A stretch of DNA of 64,000 nucleotides from the NCBI GenBank assembly GCA_022825825.1, contig JAJDWA010000019.1, positions 40,046 through 104,045 of the forward strand. Reading direction: 5' to 3'. Made by a program: the position numbers and the translations under genes. Source of the stretch: Candidatus Poribacteria bacterium (GTDB taxonomy: Bacteria; Poribacteria; WGA-4E; WGA-3G). Of the stretch, positions 27,911-37,510 are shown piece by piece (position 1 is the first letter of the stretch; every line of letters begins with the position of its first letter). The notes under the pieces are model-generated. The model did not search any database and was not told the DNA's origin. It saw nothing but the letters and a program-made list of their open reading frames with translations.

Positions 27911-29947
27911 CTATTCATCGTTTTCTTCCGAATCAACAAGATTAATCATTTTTGTTTCAGAGTCAATCTCAAAATGGTACTCGCGTGCATGTTTTTCTTT
28001 ACTGATTTTCTTTATAGCCCTGGGCCCTAAACGCCGAGTATAGGTTTCCAAAATCTGTTCCACCGCTTTTGCATTTTCGTCAGTTGTGGTATTGAATTGG
28101 ACTTTAGGATAATCAGGCGACAGTCTTTTCAATGATCTCGTCCAATAGTGATTTGATAACTTACCAGACTCAAGAGAAAATTGGGACCAATCTTTATTCT
28201 CAGTCCACTTAATTTGATAGTCGGCAGTAGTCTCAGTGTTGTTTTGAATTGAGAATATATGTCTTTCAGGAAAAATTTTCCTAAACAAAATAACTCCTAT
28301 AATAGAATATAAAATAATGTTGATGATCAAAAGAAGCCATGTCGGGGCCCGGATGACGAAGAATCTACTTTTCCTTTTCCACCATACTTCAGGGGTGTGC
28401 AATCCATCACGAATTTCAAATGCTCCATTTTTTGGAGACAGATGAAAATGGTAATAACCGATGCCATACTTGGTAGATGTAGGTTTTTTGATGTTTCCAA
28501 TATCCATAATGTGTCCATCTGTTTTGGAATCAATAGGAAAAAATTCAGATTCTATGGTTGTTTTTATTGACTTTTCGATGGTCCCGCTGTACTTAGTATT
28601 ATTAGCATAATTTATTGTATAGTATTCGATTTGGATTTTAGGATAATTTGCTGATAACTCAGCTGATAACTCAGTTTGAGTTCTTGTGTTCCAGTGAGGT
28701 TGCGTTTTACCTGGTTCAAGAGTATAGTTTTCTTCGTCAAGTCTATTCGCTGACCATCTAATTTTGTAGTTCTGCCTATCAGTAGTATAATTTGCAATCC
28801 AAACTGTTTGTCTCGGTTCTTGAAGTTCAATCTTCTTTGATTCTGTATCAACGAATCGATAGTTGTGGCCATCAAGCTTAGGTATGATACGTTCAGTAAC
28901 GTCAGAACTGAAAAACTGACGTTTGACATTTTTAATCTCATGTTCAGTATAGGTTATGTTTCCAAGAATATCTTCGCTCTGCAACTCGGTATTTTCGGTG
29001 TCAGTGTTGACAGGTACTTGAGGATCTTGCTGCTGGATTGGTATGTACCGAATTTTAGGTGTAATTACCCCAGGAGTATCAGTGGGTTCGCTGTGGGGAT
29101 ACCATTTACCTGGATCAAGAGACTTTCTTTCCCATGTTTTGGTTTCTGACCAATTGACTTCATAAACTACGGTAGACTCAGTGTTATTGGCAATCGAGAA
29201 TATATACCATTCTTTCAAGTCACTCACCAAATCAATTATTGGCTTTAAAGAAACAGCCCAGGCCTTCGTTACATCGTCAATAGATTTGGTAATTCCAATT
29301 AACTCACCATCTTTGTTAAGCACAGGCCCCCCACTATTTCCTTTCCACGGCCGACCTTCATAAAATAAATCTCTTTCATTGTATCCTTGGAAATGTCCTG
29401 CATTCCATTGCCATAAGAGTCCTTGATCAGCTGGATGCCCAAAAAAATGAACTTGATCACCTTTCTTCATGTCATCATAGACGTTAACATTCTTAAGTAG
29501 AAACTGTTTAGCTGTCTTCGGAAGTCCAGCAGGACGAATTATTGCCACATCTGCTTCTTTGTTCTCCGCTACGACGCGACCATCAGTGACATAGCCCAGG
29601 CGGCGGAGTAAAGTACTATAATATCCTAAATAAAACTCCTTGTCTCGAATTTCATTTAGGTTTAAATCGTATGCAAGAAAATACACTTCTACCTGATCAC
29701 TGCCATTTGTGACATGCTCATTGGTGAGAACAAATGCCTTACCACTGGGTGATTGAATAACGACTCCACTACCGCTCCCATCTTTAGATCTAATTAGCAC
29801 TACAGTAGGTAGGACATTTTTCCGCATCTCACTAGCACTCATAACTTCGTGAGGGATCACAGGAACCTCTTGACTATAACCAATTCCTTGTACTACACAT
29901 ATCAAAAATAAACTTATTAACGCTAACACATATATTTTTCTATACAA
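27911..29947 (-). CDS. trypsin-like (S1/DegP-type) serine protease with three ~120-aa repeat modules and an internal TM helix
   Basis: TTG start with RBS aaggag, then a signal peptide. The triad context is TNEHV (H78), EADVAII (D133) and GNSGGPV (S205). Three repeats of IxNxTxxxxxYxxxWxxxxxW...PGK...YPKI...YxFxxxxxxxIxL occur at aa 247-377, 382-514 and 563-672. A TM helix lies at aa ~530-556. Confidence 0.75.
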   Translation of the reverse strand: MYRKIYVLALISLFLICVVQGIGYSQEVPVIPHEVMSASEMRKNVLPTVVLIRSKDGSGSGVVIQSPSGKAFVLTNEHVTNGSDQVEVYFLAYDLNLNEIRDKEFYLGYYSTLLRRLGYVTDGRVVAENKEADVAIIRPAGLPKTAKQFLLKNVNVYDDMKKGDQVHFFGHPADQGLLWQWNAGHFQGYNERDLFYEGRPWKGNSGGPVLNKDGELIGITKSIDDVTKAWAVSLKPIIDLVSDLKEWYIFSIANNTESTVVYEVNWSETKTWERKSLDPGKWYPHSEPTDTPGVITPKIRYIPIQQQDPQVPVNTDTENTELQSEDILGNITYTEHEIKNVKRQFFSSDVTERIIPKLDGHNYRFVDTESKKIELQEPRQTVWIANYTTDRQNYKIRWSANRLDEENYTLEPGKTQPHWNTRTQTELSAELSANYPKIQIEYYTINYANNTKYSGTIEKSIKTTIESEFFPIDSKTDGHIMDIGNIKKPTSTKYGIGYYHFHLSPKNGAFEIRDGLHTPEVWWKRKSRFFVIRAPTWLLLIINIILYSIIGVILFRKIFPERHIFSIQNNTETTADYQIKWTENKDWSQFSLESGKLSNHYWTRSLKRLSPDYPKVQFNTTTDENAKAVEQILETYTRRLGPRAIKKISKEKHAREYHFEIDSETKMINLVDSEENDE

Positions 29948-30059
29948 AATTAAACTCCTTTATCAATTTTTGATTCCGAAAGGGAATCAAGGTTATCTAA
30001 AGCGATATTAACAAGTAACACCGCTTTGTGAATACTTTAGAGGTATTTGTCCTATATTG

Positions 30060-30569
30060 TTATTTACGAACTCTTTCTAGGATTTTGTAAGTTCCTTTTG
30101 ATCCTACGCCTCCTGTCTGGTAACCGACTTTGTCGCGTGTAAAAAGGAACCCTTCACCTTTATCAGTTACTCCGGCCTGAAGAACAGGTTTGTCAAGAAC
30201 TTTGTTGAAAAGTGCCATGAATCCACCATAATCACTCACACCTAACTCGGCTGCAACACCACCAGATTCCTTGCCCCGCACTGCAACAATTCCATAATCA
30301 TTCCAATCAACACCTAAGGTAATTCGTTGTGCTCCATCTTCATTGTAAATCACTATCCATCCGCGATCAAGGAAGTTTGTCTCCAAGGTAATGCGCGGTG
30401 TATTGTCATCACCGACGATGACGAGTTTACGGCACCGCACCTCATCAACGATTGGGGCATTTTCCTGTGCATTGACATTACTATTATCAACATTTCCGAA
30501 GTGGTAACCGATAACTGTTAGTAGGCAACCAAAAGCCATGTAACCTAATTTTGTCAAGATATTTTTCAT
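30060..30569 (-). CDS. hypothetical exported/anchored protein
   Basis: 169 aa with an N-terminal hydrophobic helix and RBS aaaggag. I recognise no family. Confidence 0.55.
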   Translation of the reverse strand: MKNILTKLGYMAFGCLLTVIGYHFGNVDNSNVNAQENAPIVDEVRCRKLVIVGDDNTPRITLETNFLDRGWIVIYNEDGAQRITLGVDWNDYGIVAVRGKESGGVAAELGVSDYGGFMALFNKVLDKPVLQAGVTDKGEGFLFTRDKVGYQTGGVGSKGTYKILERVRK

Positions 30570-30652
30570 TTGTATTCTCCTTTTAGTTATATAATCGCTG
30601 AAGATAACCTCAGCAGCAAATTAAATAAAATGGTAATTAAACCAAAACTACA

Positions 30653-31465
30653 TCAAGAATCTATCACAGATTGCATCTTCTCCAATCCAATCTGAGCAAC
30701 TTCTGCAGGGTCCTCCTCCCAATAACTCGGATTGAACAACTCTAATGAAATAACACCCGAATAATTCGCGTCTTTCAAAATAGAAATCATCCGTTTTAGA
30801 TCAAGGATACCATCACCAGGATAAACTCTGTCCGCATCAGTCTGTTCTGCACGTGCAGGTTCGGCAGGTGCATCGTTGAAATGGAACACTGCGATTTTTT
30901 CACCAGGAATACCCTCCATATCCTCTATTTCTCCGCCGCCACGATAGATATGGAACGGGTCAAGCACAATCGTGCTATCCGGATGATCTGCGACTTCTAT
31001 CACTTCCCATGCATGTTTGACTTGATTAACACCATCAACAAAACCGAGGAATTCCATTGCAGGTTTAACACCAAATTCACGACCTAATTCAAGCAGCTCA
31101 CGATAATTCTCACCGCCTAACTGCAAGTCTGCCACCTCACGCGGTGGACTTGAGATGATATAGGTTGCACCGACAGCGGCAGCTTGTGCCATCCGTTTTT
31201 TCGCATCCTCAATCGCTTTCTGATGTTCCGCGCCTGTTGTGTTGAGCCATCCGTGCAAGGCAATGACGGTCGGCACCGAAAGTCCATGGTCATCAAGTGC
31301 TTTTCGGACATCAACGAGTGAACCGCCCTGCTCTTCATAATCCGATAAATCGTTATTCCACAACTCAATTGCTGTGTAGCCAGTTTCCCCTGCAATCCGA
31401 ATTTTATCCATCAAATCGGCAGGACGAATCGTGCTTGTATTCAATCCTAACTGAAATTGTCCCAT
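30653..31465 (-). CDS. sugar phosphate isomerase/epimerase (xylose isomerase-like TIM barrel)
   Basis: The pattern YTAIEL..., FHFNDAP, ISLELFN is typical of the family. Confidence 0.8.
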   Translation of the reverse strand: MGQFQLGLNTSTIRPADLMDKIRIAGETGYTAIELWNNDLSDYEEQGGSLVDVRKALDDHGLSVPTVIALHGWLNTTGAEHQKAIEDAKKRMAQAAAVGATYIISSPPREVADLQLGGENYRELLELGREFGVKPAMEFLGFVDGVNQVKHAWEVIEVADHPDSTIVLDPFHIYRGGGEIEDMEGIPGEKIAVFHFNDAPAEPARAEQTDADRVYPGDGILDLKRMISILKDANYSGVISLELFNPSYWEEDPAEVAQIGLEKMQSVIDS

Positions 31466-31474
31466 GCTATCTCC

Positions 31475-32275
31475 TTATTTGTCCATCAAAGCGCGAATGA
31501 AGCGCACATCTACACGAGCCAGATCAATCACACTGTCCACAGGTTCACCGCCGTATTCACTATGAAAGCTGACAGGCCCCGAGAATTTTATTGTTTTGAG
31601 CGTGTCAAGTGCTGTTTCCCAATCAACAAAGCCTTTTCCCATGCGAACAACTTTACCACCACGCATCCCAGGTGAACGCGCAAGGTCTTTGAAAGCGATA
31701 ACAGCGAGGTGCGATCTGACTATATCAAGTGCCATGTTAATCGGTTCGCCAACTATTGATAGGTGTCCCGTATCGGCAAAAACGCCCACGTGTTGTGGGT
31801 CAAATCCTTTAACGAGGTTCATCACTGCACATGAGTTAAGCCCCATAGAAGTTCCCGAATGGTTATGAATGCAGGTTCGGGGTCCGTATTGTTCGGAGAG
31901 TTTGGCGAATCCGTCCAATTGCTTTCGGATAGCGTCAACCTGCGCCCAGTACCCGCCATCTTCCGCGTGCCAATGCCAATATCCTAACTTGATGTTTTCA
32001 ACCCCCGCTTCACCCGCAGCAGCAAAAACGCGGACTGTCTCTTCTTTAGAGGGGTCTAAAAAATCTCCAGGCGTTGTGACAAGTGGAATAGATAAACCCG
32101 CTTCCGCAAACTGTTTCGCGGCTGCTGGCAATTCTTTCTCCGCATTTTCAGGATTTACCGGATAACCGGGACGAACACAAAGGTCAGCACCTTCAACACC
32201 CACTGCTTGTAATGCAGTGATAATTTCTGGAATTTCTAAACCTTCCAGATGTTTTGTGAACATTATAAATTTCAT
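31475..32275 (-). CDS. sugar phosphate isomerase/epimerase (xylose isomerase-like TIM barrel)
   Basis: The pattern is that of the family (CIHNHSGT, DTGHL). 9 nt upstream of the previous TIM-barrel gene. Confidence 0.75.
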   Translation of the reverse strand: MKFIMFTKHLEGLEIPEIITALQAVGVEGADLCVRPGYPVNPENAEKELPAAAKQFAEAGLSIPLVTTPGDFLDPSKEETVRVFAAAGEAGVENIKLGYWHWHAEDGGYWAQVDAIRKQLDGFAKLSEQYGPRTCIHNHSGTSMGLNSCAVMNLVKGFDPQHVGVFADTGHLSIVGEPINMALDIVRSHLAVIAFKDLARSPGMRGGKVVRMGKGFVDWETALDTLKTIKFSGPVSFHSEYGGEPVDSVIDLARVDVRFIRALMDK

Positions 32276-32292
32276 ATTATGTTTTCTTCAAA

Positions 32293-32319
32293 TTGTAGGA
32301 GCGATCTCCGAATCGCGAC
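32293..32319. repeat. REP-like unit (family 2)
   Basis: ttgtaggagcgatctccgaatcgcgac lies between the dehydratase stop and the next gene start. It is identical to the inverted unit at 11726-11752. Confidence 0.75.
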
Positions 32320-32325
32320 CTTCTG

Positions 32326-33429
32326 CTACCAATCCACAACAGAACCATCATCTGGATGGTAAGATTCTGGATTTCTCCAATCGTGGTCAATTTTATCTTC
32401 AAGTGCGTCTTCGTCCAGTTCAATGCCTAAGCCTGGACCGGTAGGCAGTTCAACAAACCCATCTTTGAAAACAAATGGGTTCTTGAGATACCCTTCACCG
32501 AGGGTTGTATGTTCTTGCATCACAAAGTTCGGAATAGAGGCATCTAACTGGATACATGCTGCCAACGAAATAGGTCCGAGCGGATTGTGCGGCGCGATAC
32601 CGCCATAATACGCTTCTGCCATCCCAGCGATAATGCGTACTTCATTGATCCCCCCCGCATGACATAGGTCTGGTTGTAAGATAGACGCTGCCTGTTTTTC
32701 CAAGATTTCACGGAATCCCCACTTGGTGAAAATCCGTTCACCTGTGGCAATCGGTAAATGTGTGCTGCGCGCGATTTCAGCGAGTGTATCCACATTCTGA
32801 CACTGAATCGGCTCCTCAACAAACATCGGTTGATAAGGTTCCAACGCCTTAATTAACACCTTTGCTGTCTGTGGGCTTACTGCACCGTGAAAGTCAATTG
32901 CCAAGTCAACCTCTGTGCCTGCGGCTTCACGCAGTGCAGCAAAATGCTCAACGGCCCTATCTATAAATGCCTTGTTTTCAATGATACGTGCGGGTCTACC
33001 ACCTGCAACACCCGTTTTAAATGCGGTGAACCCTTTGTCAATCCATTCTTTAATTCCTTCTGGATCGCCGCCCCCTTTGTACAGCCGAATGCGATCGCGA
33101 GTTGGTCCACCAAAAAGTTGGTAAACGGGTACACCGAGCGATTTTCCTGCTAAATCCCATAGTGCCTGTTCAACACCACTTAGTGCGCTCGTAAGAATGG
33201 GACCGCCTCGATAAAATGCGTGGCGATACATTGCCTGCCAATGATGTACAACCCGTCTTGGGTCTTCACCGATCAGATAAGGGGCAAGTTCATCAACCGC
33301 TTGCGCACATGTTTTCGCGCGTCCCTCTAATATCGGTTCGCCGAGACCGACTAATCCTTCATCAGTGTGGATTTTTAGAAAGAGCCAGCGCGGCTGCACA
33401 AGAAACGTTTCTAATTTTGTTATTTTCAT
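32326..33429 (-). CDS. dgoD: D-galactonate dehydratase family enolase-superfamily enzyme
   Basis: MKITKLETFLVQPRWLFLKIHTDEGLVGLGEP, DFHG, FVEEP, ATGER, ILQPDLCHAGGI and a C-terminal DWRNP follow the E. coli DgoD sequence closely as I recall it. ATG at 33429 with RBS aaaggtga. Confidence 0.75.
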   Translation of the reverse strand: MKITKLETFLVQPRWLFLKIHTDEGLVGLGEPILEGRAKTCAQAVDELAPYLIGEDPRRVVHHWQAMYRHAFYRGGPILTSALSGVEQALWDLAGKSLGVPVYQLFGGPTRDRIRLYKGGGDPEGIKEWIDKGFTAFKTGVAGGRPARIIENKAFIDRAVEHFAALREAAGTEVDLAIDFHGAVSPQTAKVLIKALEPYQPMFVEEPIQCQNVDTLAEIARSTHLPIATGERIFTKWGFREILEKQAASILQPDLCHAGGINEVRIIAGMAEAYYGGIAPHNPLGPISLAACIQLDASIPNFVMQEHTTLGEGYLKNPFVFKDGFVELPTGPGLGIELDEDALEDKIDHDWRNPESYHPDDGSVVDW

Positions 33430-33721
33430 GGGTTCACCTTTATGGCACACAAGCGTGCCAGTAATTTTTTTTTATGGTATCATCTCACCTATATTTTGTC
33501 AATTTATTTTTCGGGGTTGACTATCGGTTTTGATTTTTCAGAAAGTCCTGAAACTTCATTTTTAACCTCAAACATGCTATACTTTTCCCATCAATTACGT
33601 TTCACAAACACATAAATTGTTCTCAATTCAGATTTTCCTCCATTTCTACTCATTTTATGCAACCTTTGCAACTAAAATCAGAGTCTTTGTATTATGAAAT
33701 AGCTATTTTGGGAGAAGACGC

Positions 33722-35809
33722 ATGGAAAACACTGACTTTGAACTGATTAAACGCACGTTATCTGGTGACCAGGACGCTTTTACCGCCCTTGTAGAGAAAT
33801 ATCAAAAACGGGTGCACGCGCTCGCCTGGCGAAAAACCGGGGATTTCCACGTCGCTGAAGAGATAACACAGGATACCTTCCTGAGAGCTTACAGAAAACT
33901 CGGCACCTTGAAAAATCCCGATCTATTTGCGGGATGGCTCTATGTTATCGCAAATCGTTTGTGCAATACTTGGTTCGAAAAGAAAGCACCTGATATGCAA
34001 TCGTTGGAAACTGTGCCAGCAATAGAACTCGAGGAACACGTTTATTCCGAATATACTGCCGAACAACGTGAAGAACGGGCATCAGAAAAACGGGTTGACC
34101 TTGTCAAGCGTCTCCTTCAAAAATTACCGGAAAGCGAACGAATAGTGGTAACACTCCATTACCTTGCAGGAAGTTCAGTTAAAGAGATTAGCGAATTTTT
34201 GGGCGTATCGTTGAACACGGTGAAAAGCCGTCTCTATCGCGCCCGTCAACGTTTACAGAAGGAGGATCACATGGTACGTGAAACTTTGGGAAGTTTCCAA
34301 CCCTCAGCGAACTTAACCGAGAATATCATCAGAACCCTTAAAGAAACTGGAACACAGATTGACCCTGTTGTGCCTTCAGGAAGTAAACCAATTGTGCCGT
34401 GGGTAATTGCCACTTCAACCCTTGTCTTGGTAGTACTCATGCTCGGACTCGGTGCACAGCACCTTGCACGTTTTCAGCAACCCTACAGCCTTGACGCAAC
34501 ATCCGAGATGGCAGTAGACATTGTTGACGCAGCTGTCCTGATGAACCTTCCATCCGATCCTAATGCCCAGAATCAAATCGGTAACGTTGACGCTCCCGAA
34601 AAAAGCGAGGGGACAAGTCAGCATTCTGATGCAAAGTTATCTTCCCCTGTTACTGGTCGCGTTGTTGATGAGGCAGGGAATATTGTATCTGGCATCCAAA
34701 TAGCAACCATACCTGTTGAAGATGGTGATGGTGCTTGGTTTCCTACCCAGAGAGATGAAAATGGTGAACCTATAGATATGTCTCAATATCAAGCGGAAAC
34801 TGACTCGGATGGGCGTTTCACCATTACCGATGCTATCACAGGACCCGTGTTATTAACTTTATTGCCGTATCATAAGCCAAAACCGGATATCCGCCTGTTA
34901 AAGGTTGAAATTGGGGGATTGTTTTTCTATCCAAGTGGATCCCTTGGAGTCCTAAAGGATGGAATTGTGTTTAGCACAACACCGGATGAGAACATTGAAA
35001 ACGTCAAAGTTACCGTTCTGCATTCGCCAAAAATCCGGGGCACAGTAAACCAGATGGACGGAACACCACTTACTAACAAGACCGTTGAACTGCACATCCA
35101 GGAGCGGAGTTTAAATCAAAGCTCTCGTATAGAAACTTCTGTGAGTACAGATGAAAATGGCTACTTTGAACTATATCTCCATAAAGATTTTTTGATACGT
35201 AACACAACAGATGTGCATAGAGATTATTTGATACGTAACACAGATGTGGAAGGTCCAACATTTTACATCATAAATGTGGTATATGTGCGACTGAGGGCGA
35301 GGTCAATTCTGATAAAAAATAACGCACAAAACCGGGAATTTGTCTTTAACTTGAAAATTTTACCAGACATTTCTGCCAGATCATCTTTTTCTTCAACATT
35401 GGACGCTATCGGGGTATGGGTCGTCAATCCGGAAAATGGACACGCCTACAAAAAAATCGGTTGCAAAAATCCCAATGATGCTATCGCTCAAGCTGGCAAA
35501 GAAGATGCTTATCTTGTCACAATTAACGATCAAACTGAACAGAATTGGCTGGAAAAGGTTTTCGGAGGTTCGGATGCCTTTATCGGACTCAACGATATTG
35601 CCGAGGAAGGTCAGTGGCAATGGCAGAGTGGTGAAACCGTCGTATATACCAATTGGGCAAAAGAAGCACTTGAGGATAATAACAGTAAACATGAGGATTA
35701 CGTTATTCTCAGCTATGGTAAATGGAAAGATATCGGTCCAAGAAGTCGAAATTGGTTCAAAACTCGAACGGCAATCCTTGAAAAAGTACAGACGTCTGTG
35801 AAGAAATAA
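33722..35809 (+). CDS. ECF sigma-70 factor fused to a TM helix, carboxypeptidase-regulatory-like beta domains and a C-terminal C-type lectin domain
   Basis: Sigma region 2 (aa 20-85, EEITQDTFLRAY) and region 4 (LPESERIVVTLHYLAGSSVKEISEFLGVSLNTVKSRLYRARQRL) are present. A TM helix lies at aa ~224-246. VTGRVVDEAGN and IRGTVNQMDGTPL are CarboxypepD_reg-like starts. The C-type lectin domain is WVVNPENGHAY...YLVTINDQTEQNWL...IGLND...GQWQWQSGE...YTNW. Confidence 0.8.
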   Translation: MENTDFELIKRTLSGDQDAFTALVEKYQKRVHALAWRKTGDFHVAEEITQDTFLRAYRKLGTLKNPDLFAGWLYVIANRLCNTWFEKKAPDMQSLETVPAIELEEHVYSEYTAEQREERASEKRVDLVKRLLQKLPESERIVVTLHYLAGSSVKEISEFLGVSLNTVKSRLYRARQRLQKEDHMVRETLGSFQPSANLTENIIRTLKETGTQIDPVVPSGSKPIVPWVIATSTLVLVVLMLGLGAQHLARFQQPYSLDATSEMAVDIVDAAVLMNLPSDPNAQNQIGNVDAPEKSEGTSQHSDAKLSSPVTGRVVDEAGNIVSGIQIATIPVEDGDGAWFPTQRDENGEPIDMSQYQAETDSDGRFTITDAITGPVLLTLLPYHKPKPDIRLLKVEIGGLFFYPSGSLGVLKDGIVFSTTPDENIENVKVTVLHSPKIRGTVNQMDGTPLTNKTVELHIQERSLNQSSRIETSVSTDENGYFELYLHKDFLIRNTTDVHRDYLIRNTDVEGPTFYIINVVYVRLRARSILIKNNAQNREFVFNLKILPDISARSSFSSTLDAIGVWVVNPENGHAYKKIGCKNPNDAIAQAGKEDAYLVTINDQTEQNWLEKVFGGSDAFIGLNDIAEEGQWQWQSGETVVYTNWAKEALEDNNSKHEDYVILSYGKWKDIGPRSRNWFKTRTAILEKVQTSVKK

Positions 35810-35836
35810 GTCTTATGCTTCACCGAAGGAGAAAAT

Positions 35837-37225
35837 ATGAAACGTTTAACATGGAACATGTGGCTTTTTATACTACTAATAACGGTAATCGCGCTTTTCA
35901 TCGGATTTACTGCACACAGCATTGCCCAGAAACAGACATCAACATTATCTGGGCGCGTTGTTGACGTTAAAGGGAATCCGGTCATTGAATTACCAGTCTT
36001 TGTTCGTGCTGCTGAGAGTTTTCGAATAGGCCCATTTTTTTTTCCGAGTGATTACTTTGATGCACGACACACCCGCACAGCCTTTGATGGGAGCTTTTCC
36101 ATCACGGATATACCTTCAGGCTCTATATATTTCGGTTCACTTTCTAAAAATATAAAAGCATTGATTTCGGACGATTTAGAAGCGAAAATTAAAAAAGCTC
36201 TTGAGAAGAGAGATGTAGCTGCGCTCCGCGCAAGTGGGATTCATGAATTAGAAAGTGAAGACTTTGAGCCTGACGTTAAAGTTTTATCCGTCAATATTCA
36301 AGGGATAACCTTCTATCCTCGTAGTGACTTTGATAAAATTGTATTTGGTGTCAAACCCGGAACACATACTGAAAACGTTCTGATTACAGTAAAACCGCGT
36401 ATGCGGATTCGGGGACGCGTTATATTTAGAGATGGCACACCACTTGCTAATGCGCGCTTACGTGTTTCTATTAGATACCACTATAAAGAAGGAGACCGTA
36501 GCGGATCCACAGGTGAAAATCCAAGAACAGATGCTGATGGTTACTTTATTTTCTATCTGGAAGAGAAAAACGAAGCAGCATTTTATACATTTTCTGTGAA
36601 ATATATGGGATTAATTGCGAACGCTGATCCTGTACTCCCTGATCCTGTACTCCTTAAACCAGGAGAACGTCTTGAAGGTTTAACATTTACATTTCACAGT
36701 GATCCGATTGCTCCTAAACCACCTCGAAAGACAGAAACAATCGCCAAGAAACCTGACCCGCCACCTGCGCAAGAACACCTGCCAAGGCGAAAACCTGAAG
36801 AGGTATGGATCGTAAATCCCACAAACGGGCATGCTTACAAGCGAGTTCATTGCAAAACTCGCGATGATGCTATTGCGCAAGCCACTAAAGAGAAAGCACA
36901 TCTCGTCACGATTAACAATGCGAAAGAACAAGCATGGTTAGGTGCGGTTTTCGGGCATGAATTTTATTGGATAGGACTCAGCCATGTTGAAAAAGAGGGT
37001 GAATGGCAGTGGCACAACGGCGAACCTCTCACATACCAAAACTGGTTGTCTAATGATTACTTTTCTGAGTCCCTTAATGCCAATGAAAGAGACTACGCTG
37101 TTATGACTCTCGTTGATGGTAAATGGTATGCCGTAAGTCCTAAGAGTGCAATCGTTCAGATGACCGAGATGGCAATCATTGAAAAGGCAGACGTGAAGAT
37201 AAAACAGCCTGCCAAAAAGAAGTGA
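35837..37225 (+). CDS. membrane-anchored protein with carboxypeptidase-regulatory-like domains and C-type lectin domain (sigma-less paralog of the upstream gene)
   Basis: An N-terminal TM/signal anchor is followed by LSGRVVDVKGNP and IRGRVIFRDGTPL. The C-type lectin domain is WIVNPTNGHAY...HLVTINNAKEQAWL...IGLSH...GEWQWHNGE...YQNW. RBS gaaggag, 27 nt after the previous stop. Confidence 0.8.
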   Translation: MKRLTWNMWLFILLITVIALFIGFTAHSIAQKQTSTLSGRVVDVKGNPVIELPVFVRAAESFRIGPFFFPSDYFDARHTRTAFDGSFSITDIPSGSIYFGSLSKNIKALISDDLEAKIKKALEKRDVAALRASGIHELESEDFEPDVKVLSVNIQGITFYPRSDFDKIVFGVKPGTHTENVLITVKPRMRIRGRVIFRDGTPLANARLRVSIRYHYKEGDRSGSTGENPRTDADGYFIFYLEEKNEAAFYTFSVKYMGLIANADPVLPDPVLLKPGERLEGLTFTFHSDPIAPKPPRKTETIAKKPDPPPAQEHLPRRKPEEVWIVNPTNGHAYKRVHCKTRDDAIAQATKEKAHLVTINNAKEQAWLGAVFGHEFYWIGLSHVEKEGEWQWHNGEPLTYQNWLSNDYFSESLNANERDYAVMTLVDGKWYAVSPKSAIVQMTEMAIIEKADVKIKQPAKKK

Positions 37226-37317
37226 GCAGGGATAATTCATAAATAACAGAATAGACGTAAATTCAGGTATCCCTATTTAGAATTTTGTCCTTTCAAGGAT
37301 TTACTCCTCTTTATCTA

Positions 37318-37350
37318 CTAATTCGCATGCCACACGCGCATGCGAATTAG
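37318..37350 (+). terminator. 13-bp perfect hairpin (possible terminator or REP-like element)
   Basis: ctaattcgcatgc-cacacgc-gcatgcgaattag lies 93 nt after the stop at 37225. No T tract follows. Confidence 0.35.
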
Positions 37351-37510
37351 CGGAATGTGTCCGTCCTCTACAAAAACTTTACACATCCATTTCAGTTTCA
37401 CACAGAAAATCAGTTGAATTGTCAACTGAAATCATGTATAATTTCATAATATAATACACATTAATTTGCTCACAAATTGATATAAACACAGAAACCTGGA
37501 GGTGTTTATC

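Noticed and set aside
35176-35245. Short tandem duplication inside the ECF-lectin gene (KDFLIRNTTDVH / RDYLIRNTDVE), and a 15-nt duplication at ~36626-36653 in the paralog
   Set aside because: These are in-frame micro-duplications within coding sequence. They are likely slippage products without independent function.
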